Shown here: one piece after another, positions 58,063-64,000 of the stretch
Position numbering within the stretch: position 1 is the first letter of the stretch
How the letters are laid out: every line of letters begins with the position of its first letter
Assembly: GCF_046119375.1 (NCBI RefSeq)
Contig: NW_027362769.1
Location: forward strand, 414,718,001-414,782,000
Reading direction: 5' to 3'
Source: Phyllobates terribilis
Taxonomy: Eukaryota
DNA length: 64,000 nt
Notes under the pieces: model-generated
The model's input: only the letters and a program-made list of their open reading frames with translations
What the model was told of the DNA's origin: nothing
The model's database searches: none
Translations under genes and position numbers: made by a program

Positions 58063-61000
58063 TTTTTTAGGCCAGACAGAAATTTAGCTAGGATGAGAGG
58101 GGCATGGATGTTCTCCCGGGGCTACCACATTCTCTCCTCAGGACCAAACCCCTTCCAATCTACCAGAAAAAAGGTCTTTCCTCTTACCCTTTTGGTGGCA
58201 AGAATGTTCTCTACCTCAAACTCGTCCTCAGCAGAAACCGGAGCAGGAGGCGTACCTGTAGACTTGGAAAAAGAGTTAAGCACCACGGGTTTGAGGAGAG
58301 ATACATGGAAGGAGTTAGGGATCCGTAAGTTGGCCGGGAGTTTCAATTTATAGGCCACCGGGTTGATCTGACTGATGACCTCCAGAGGACCGATGAACCG
58401 AGGCCCTAACTTGTAAGAAGGTATCTTGAGTCGAACATATTTAGATGAGAGCCAGACTTTATCTCCTGGACGAAATTGTGGAGGATCCAGGCGTCTTTTG
58501 TCAGCGTGTCTTTTCATACGCTCGGATGACAGAAGGAGTGCGGACCGGGTACTCTCCCATATGGAGGAAAATTTGCTAACGAGAGATTCCGCAGCCGGGT
58601 TGTCCACAGAGGTGGAGACAGGAAAAGGAATCCGAGGATGCTGACCAAAGACTACAAAAAATGGGGATTTGGAGGAGGATTCGCTCTCGTGATTATTATA
58701 AGAGAACTCGGCCCATGGTAGGAGATCCACCCAGTCAGAATGGTGGGCATTAACGAAGTGCCGGAGGTAACTGGTCAGGTTCTGATTGATCCGCTCCACT
58801 TGACCATTGGACTGTGGGTGGTAAGCGGAAGAGAAGTCCAGGGTGACGTCTAGTAGTTTACAAGTGGCTCTCCAGAAACGTGAGGTAAACTGTACCCCAC
58901 GATCCGACACGATGTGGAGGGGCAGGCCATGAAGACGGAAGATGTGGCGGATAAAGTCTTTAGCCAGCTCGGGTGCAGACGGAAGGCCTGGCAGGGGAAT
59001 AAAGTGAGCCATCTTGGAAAAGCGGTCAGCGACCACCCAAATGACCGTACAACCGGCAGAGACGGGAAGATCTGTTATAAAGTCCATTGCTATATGCTGC
59101 CAGGGGGCAGCAGGTACAGGAAGCGGAAGGAGGCGTCCGGCTGGCAGATGTCTCGGGACTTTGTTGCGGGCGCAGGACACACAGGCGGAAACAAAGTCTA
59201 TTATGTCCTTGTGCAGGGTAGGCCACCAATAGTGCCGGGCAATAAGCTGGAGGGTCTTTTTCTGACCGGCGTGGCCAGCTAGTTTAGACGAATGGCCCCA
59301 GTGTAGGATCTTCTCCCGATCAGGTACTGAAACAAACGTCTTACCGGGAGGGAGACGATTTAGACTCACGGGAGCCACCTGCATTACTCTGGCGGGATCG
59401 ATGATGTGTTTCGGTTCTTCCTCGAGATCGGACACCAGAAAGGATCGGGACAAGGCGTCTGCTTTGACGTTTTTGTCAGCCGGGCGAAAATGAAGAACAA
59501 AATCAAAGCGAGCAAAAAACAAGGACCACCGGGCTTGGCGCGGGTTAAGTCTCTGGGCATGCTGGAGCTAAGCCAAGTTCTTGTGGTCAGTGTAAATTAT
59601 TACCGGATGAAGAGCCCCCTCGAGTAGGTAACGCCACTCCTCCAACGCCAGCTTGATGGCCAATAACTCTGGTCTCCTATGGAATAGTTGCGCTCAGAAG
59701 AGGAGAAGAGTTTGGAGAAGAAGCCACAAGTTACCATTCTCCCGGAAGATGATTTTTGAGTAAGTACCGCTCCGGCTCCAGAGGAGGAGGCGTCAACTTC
59801 CAGGAAGAACTGCTTGTTGCCGTCCGGGCGATGCAGCATCGGGGCGGAAGAGAAGGCCTGTTTTAGGGAAAGAAAGGCCTCCTCTGCTTCGGGCGGCCAC
59901 TCTTTGGGATTAGTACCCTTACGGGTGAGCGCGGAAATTGGGGCAGTCCGGGAAGAGAAGTGCGGGATGAAGAGGCGGTAATAGTTGGCGAAGCCCAGGA
60001 ACCGTTGAATAGCCTTCAACCCCTCTGGTCGGGGCCATTTCTCGATGGCAGACAGTTTCTCAGGATCCATTTGTAGGCCGGTCTGAGAGATAATGTAGCC
60101 CAGAAACGGAAGCGAGGTCTGCTCAAAGAGGCACTTCTCATATTTAGCGTAGAGATGGTTCTGCCTGAGCCTGAGCAGGACCTGACGAACATCCCTCCGG
60201 TGAGTCTGGAGATCCGGAGAGAAGACCAAGATGTCGTCCAGGTACACCACTACGCAGGAGTAGAGAAGGTCCCGGAAGATGTCATTGACCAACTCTTGAA
60301 AGACGGCAGGAGCGTTACAGAGGCCAAAGGGCATTACCAGATATTCATAGTGGCCGTCCCGGGTGTTGAATGCCGTCTTCCATTCATCCCCCTGACGGAT
60401 ACGAACCAGGTTGTAAGCCCCACGGAGGTCCAGTTTGGTGAAGATTCTAGCCCCTCTCAGACGATCAAATAACTCCGGAATGAGCGGAAGGGGGTACTTA
60501 TTTTTCACCGTGATCTGGTTAAGGCCTCTATAGTCTATACAGGGACGGAGAGAGACGTCCTTCTTTTTTACGAAGAAGAAGCCTGCTCCCGCCGGGGAGG
60601 TAGACTTCCGGATGAATCCCCTGGCCAGATTCTCCTCAATATATTCGGACATCGACCGGGTCTCAGCAGCGGATAATGGATAAATACGCCCACGGGGAGG
60701 AGTAGTACCGGGTAACAAGTCGATAGGGCAGTCGTATGGTCTATGAGGGGGTAGTGTCTCTGCTTCCTTTTTATTAAAGACATCAGCATAAGACCAATAA
60801 GGAATCGGAAGTCCAGGTAGATTAGCTGGGGTAGGAGAAGGACGGACGGGATGGACGGGAACCAGACAGGTCTTATGGCAGTCCTGTCCCCAGCGAAGGA
60901 CTTCTCCGGTCTGCCAGTCAAGCACGGGTGCATGTCTCTGGAGCCAAGGTAGACCTAGCAGGAGGGCGTGAGAGAGTCCAGGCAGAACATGAAAGGAGAT

Positions 61001-61306
61001 ACTCTCAGAATGCAGCATTCCCACTTGCAGAGTAATGGATTCGGTGATGAGTTGAATGGGGCGTGGTAAGAGACCCCCATCCACGGCAGCAACAGACAAG
61101 GGTACAGCCAGAGGTTTGGTGGGGATGCGGTACTTCTCTACCAGGGACTGTGAAATAAGATTCCCGGCTGCTCCAGAGTCCAGTTGGGCTAGTTCGAAAT
61201 AACGGTTCTCCCCGCAGACGATTGAAACTGACAGCAGCAGAGATGGAGAGGATTTATTCTTGTCTAGGTCGACCTCTCTGAGCGAACCTAGACACAGGCG
61301 TTTCCC
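58050..61306 (-). pseudogene. pol (protease, RT, RNase H, integrase, chromodomain), disrupted
   Basis: PR LDSGAAGN; RT VVVYLDDILVFS; IN HHCC and DDE (MDFITDLP, SDRGVQF, QVERINQ); GPF-like GPRFIGP; chromodomain EFEVENIL..FLVDWKGFGPEERMW. Lesions: 1-nt deletion near 59670, TAG at 59568-59570, TAG at 58122-58124. Natural TAA at 58050-58052. Confidence 0.93.
61246..61306 (-). promoter_or_regulatory. -1 ribosomal frameshift signal (slippery heptamer plus predicted pseudoknot)
   Basis: G GGA AAC at 61306-61300 in gag frame; stem TGTCTAGGT/ACCTAGACA 5 nt downstream; loop GAGAGG pairs with CCTCTC; the -1 frame is open into the protease. Confidence 0.8.
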
Positions 61307-62238
61307 GACCTCTCTGGGCAGGCACGGATCCGGTGCTCCTTACTGCCACAGTAGAAGCAGCTCCCCTCGGCACGGCGTAAGTCCTGACGGGTTTTGACCA
61401 TCTTGGTCTGGTCGACCTGCATAGGCTCAGGAGAGTGTACCTGGGGAGAGACGGAGGGAGTGACGGGTTTCTGAAAAGTAGGAGCTAGACGTGGAAACCT
61501 CCTCTCACGGGTGACCTCTTTGGCACGCTCCTGGAACCGTAGGTCAATCCGGGTTGCAAGAGTTATTAGGTCGTCGAGAGTGGTAGGAACGTCCCGACCG
61601 GCAAGTTCATCTTTAATACGGCCGGACAGACCCTCCCAGAAGACGGATACCAGAGCGTCGTTATCCCAGGCCAGCTCCGAGGCAAGGGTACGGAACCGTA
61701 TGGCATATTGGCCCACGGTGAGACTTCCCTGACGGAGGCGTAGCAGAGACGATGCGGATGAGGTCTTCCGTCCGGGTTCATCGAAGACTTTCCGGAAAGC
61801 CGTGAGGAAGGCAGGCAGGTCGGACACCAGGGGGTCTCCTCTCTCCCATAGAGGATTTAGCCAGGCCAGGGCCTCCCCGGTGAGATGGAACATGATGAAG
61901 GCAATTTTGGCCCGGTCGGAGTTAAACTGGTGGGACAATAGTTCAAAGTGCAGGGTGCACTGATTAAAGAAGCCCCGAGCCTGGGCGGGGTCGCCTCCGA
62001 AGCAAGGAGGTGCAGAAAGCCGGGGTCCGGGGTAGGATACCATGGTATTGGTGGGCAGCGGAGCTGCCGGGTTGCGAGTCATGGCACTGGCGGTGGTTGC
62101 TGGTGGAGCAGTCAGAGTGTCCAGGCGAGAATTGACATTCCGCAGGTGACCCAGGATGGACTCCTGTTGGGACCTCTGACGGGACAGTTCATGACAGAGG
62201 TCCGAGAGCGAGGGAGCTTGGGTGCCACCGGGTTCCAA
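61288..62238 (-). CDS. gag with CCHC zinc knuckle (316 aa if initiated at TTG)
   Basis: Open frame; PPCFGGDP..GFFNQC capsid-like motif as in sushi/PEG10-type gags; CFYCGSKEHRIRAC. First codon is TTG; first ATG at 62082. Confidence 0.85.
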   Translation of the reverse strand: MEPGGTQAPSLSDLCHELSRQRSQQESILGHLRNVNSRLDTLTAPPATTASAMTRNPAAPLPTNTMVSYPGPRLSAPPCFGGDPAQARGFFNQCTLHFELLSHQFNSDRAKIAFIMFHLTGEALAWLNPLWERGDPLVSDLPAFLTAFRKVFDEPGRKTSSASSLLRLRQGSLTVGQYAIRFRTLASELAWDNDALVSVFWEGLSGRIKDELAGRDVPTTLDDLITLATRIDLRFQERAKEVTRERRFPRLAPTFQKPVTPSVSPQVHSPEPMQVDQTKMVKTRQDLRRAEGSCFYCGSKEHRIRACPERSGNACV

Positions 62239-62239
62239 G

Positions 62240-62249
62240 GCCCGAGCAA
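62240..62249 (-). other. Self-priming primer-binding site (non-tRNA)
   Basis: Minus strand TTGCTCGGGC, 2 nt from the 5' LTR end, is complementary to GCCCGAGCAA at 62987-62978, which begins 31 nt downstream of TATATAAG. Confidence 0.8.
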
Positions 62250-62251
62250 AC

Positions 62252-63175
62252 TGTAACGGGTCTGGGAGGCGGAACCTCTGAGCTACTATACAAGGGGGCA
62301 GTCCTTGTAAGGGAGCGGGTGGCGACCAGGCAGGCAGTCACAGCAGGTGACCGGGACAGTCTCTGGAAGAACGGGCAGGAGATCACGGCAAGTGACTGGG
62401 GCAGTCTCTGGGTGAACGGGCAGGTGGTCACGGCAAGTGACCGGGGCAGTCTCTAGGTAAAGGGTTGGTACGACCTGTGGCGGCTGATGGTAGACTTGAG
62501 CTCCCAGGTGAGCAGGCGAGAGTCTCTGGATAAACGGGTGGTCACAGCATGTGACGGCGGAGCCTCCAGGAAGACCAACAGACAGGCGGCAGATGAGCGC
62601 TCCCAGGAGAGCGGGCAGAAGTCTCTGGACAGGCGGGTGGTCACAGCACGTGACGGCAGAGCCTCCAGCTAGGCTAGCAGACAGGCAGCAGATGAGCGCT
62701 CCCAGGTGAGCGAGCAGGAGTCACTGGACAGGCAGGTGGTCACAGCATGTGACGGCGGAGCCTCCAGGTAGACTAGCAGGCAGGTAGCAGGTGAGCGCTC
62801 CCAGGTAAGCGGGCAAGCTGGTCCATAGACAGACTGACGGGAGTAGGAAGGCAGACCGTCGGACCTCAGGCTAGCAGGCAGGTAGCAGATAATCAGGCAG
62901 GAATCTGGCAGGTATCTGGCAGGTAACTGGCAACGGGACCTGAGGGCTGAAGCAGAGTAGTGAACAGTGCAACAACATTGCTCGGGCACCTCCAATTTTG
63001 GAGGAGGGGCCTTATATATGGTAAAGTCCTCCGGCCATTGGCGCGCGCCCTAAGCACAGTAGCCGGGAAGGAGCGCGCGCTGCCAGCAGAGCGGGAGAGG
63101 GACGCCGGGCACGGAGCAGAGCGGTGAGGGGAACAGCGTCCCTGCCTAGCAGAGGGCAGGGACGCCGGCACTACA
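62252..63175 (-). repeat. 5' LTR (924 bp) with TATA box (63018-63011) and CCAAT
   Basis: Same termini as the 3' LTR; lacks one 98-bp internal repeat and a 51-bp U3 segment. Confidence 0.95.
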
Positions 63176-64000
63176 GGTATTAGTAGAAGCATAGAGTCTA
63201 GATCACGTGAAGTAATTACCCCCTCTACTCCTCCTTAGTCAGACCTCATCTGGATACTGTGTCCAGTTCTGGGAGGTATTAGGAGAAGCATAGAGTCTAG
63301 ATCACATGAAGTAATTATCCCCTCTACTCCTCCTTGGTCAGACCTCATCTGGATACTGTGTCCAGTTCTGGGAGGTATTAGGAGAAGCATAGAGTCTAGA
63401 TCACGTGAAGTCATTATCCCCTCTACTCCTCCTTGGTCAGACCTCATCTGGATACTGTGTCCAGTTCTGGGAGGTATTAGGAGAAGCACAGAGTCTAGAT
63501 CACATGAAGTAATTATCCTCCTCTACTCCTCCTTGGTCAGACCTCATCTGGATACTGTGTCCAGTTCTGGGAGGTATCAGGAGAAGCATAGAGTCTAGAT
63601 CACGTGAAGTAATTATCACTCTACTCCTTGGTCAGACCTCATCTGGATACTGTGTCCAGTTCTGGGAGGTATTAGAAGAAGAATAGAGTCTAGATCACGT
63701 GAAGTAATTATCCCCTCTACTCCTCCTTGGTCAGACCTAATCTGGATACTGTGTCCAGTTCTGGGAGGTATTAGGAGAAGCATAGAGTCTAGATCATGTG
63801 AAGTCATTATCCCCCTCTACTCCTTGGTCAGACCTCATCTGGATACTGTGTCCAGTTCTGGGAGGTATTAGGAGAAGCATAGAGTCTAGATCACGTGAAG
63901 TAATTATCCCCTCTACTCCTCCTTGGTCAGACCTCATCTGGATACTGTGTCCAGTTCTGGGAGGTATTAGGAGAAGCACAGAGTCTAGATCACATGAAGT
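63176..64000. repeat. 99-bp CR1-derived satellite, right block (continues beyond window)
   Basis: Same unit as 53469-56961; resumes in register after the TSD. Confidence 0.97.

Larger units (their letters stand above)
56962..63175 (-). mobile_element. Full-length Ty3/gypsy chromovirus LTR retrotransposon (Tf1/sushi-type), 6214 bp, mutated
   Basis: TG...CA termini; 5-bp TSD GGTAT at 56957-56961 and 63176-63180; two LTRs; gag, then PR-RT-RH-IN-chromodomain; PPT next to the 3' LTR. Confidence 0.97.

Noticed and set aside
58050-62238. Autonomous or domesticated gypsy gene
   Set aside because: LTRs and TSD are retained while pol has a frameshift and two premature stops, which fits a decaying insertion rather than a domesticated gene.

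Overview
Eukaryotic (vertebrate) DNA, probably from a frog; that is inferred from the CR1, Tc1 and TTAA-type repeat content. The window holds a complete 19-coding-exon rnf40 (BRE1B, H2B E3 ligase) gene on the minus strand (CDS 27075->3247, 973 aa, all junctions GT-AG and in phase). Head-to-head with it is the 5' half of a probable cfap119 (CCDC189) gene on the plus strand, sharing a short promoter with YY1, NRF1, CCAAT and RFX X-box motifs. About 45 of the 64 kb (my rough tally) is tandem repeat, and nearly every large intron carries its own unrelated minisatellite. Several arrays visibly arose in place from local sequence between short direct repeats: one from an rnf40 splice donor and two from CR1 reverse-transcriptase sequence. 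The right end has Tc1, TTAA-type and MITE remnants. It also has a full-length but mutated Ty3/gypsy chromovirus (56962-63175, GGTAT target-site duplication) inserted into a 99-bp CR1-derived satellite. This element shows a Tf1/sushi-type self-priming signal in place of a tRNA PBS, and a GGGAAAC + pseudoknot -1 frameshift. Almost all very long ORFs in the supplied track are repeat artefacts. I see no unambiguous wholly new gene system. The best leads are the in-situ birth of satellites and the retroelement's RNA signals.
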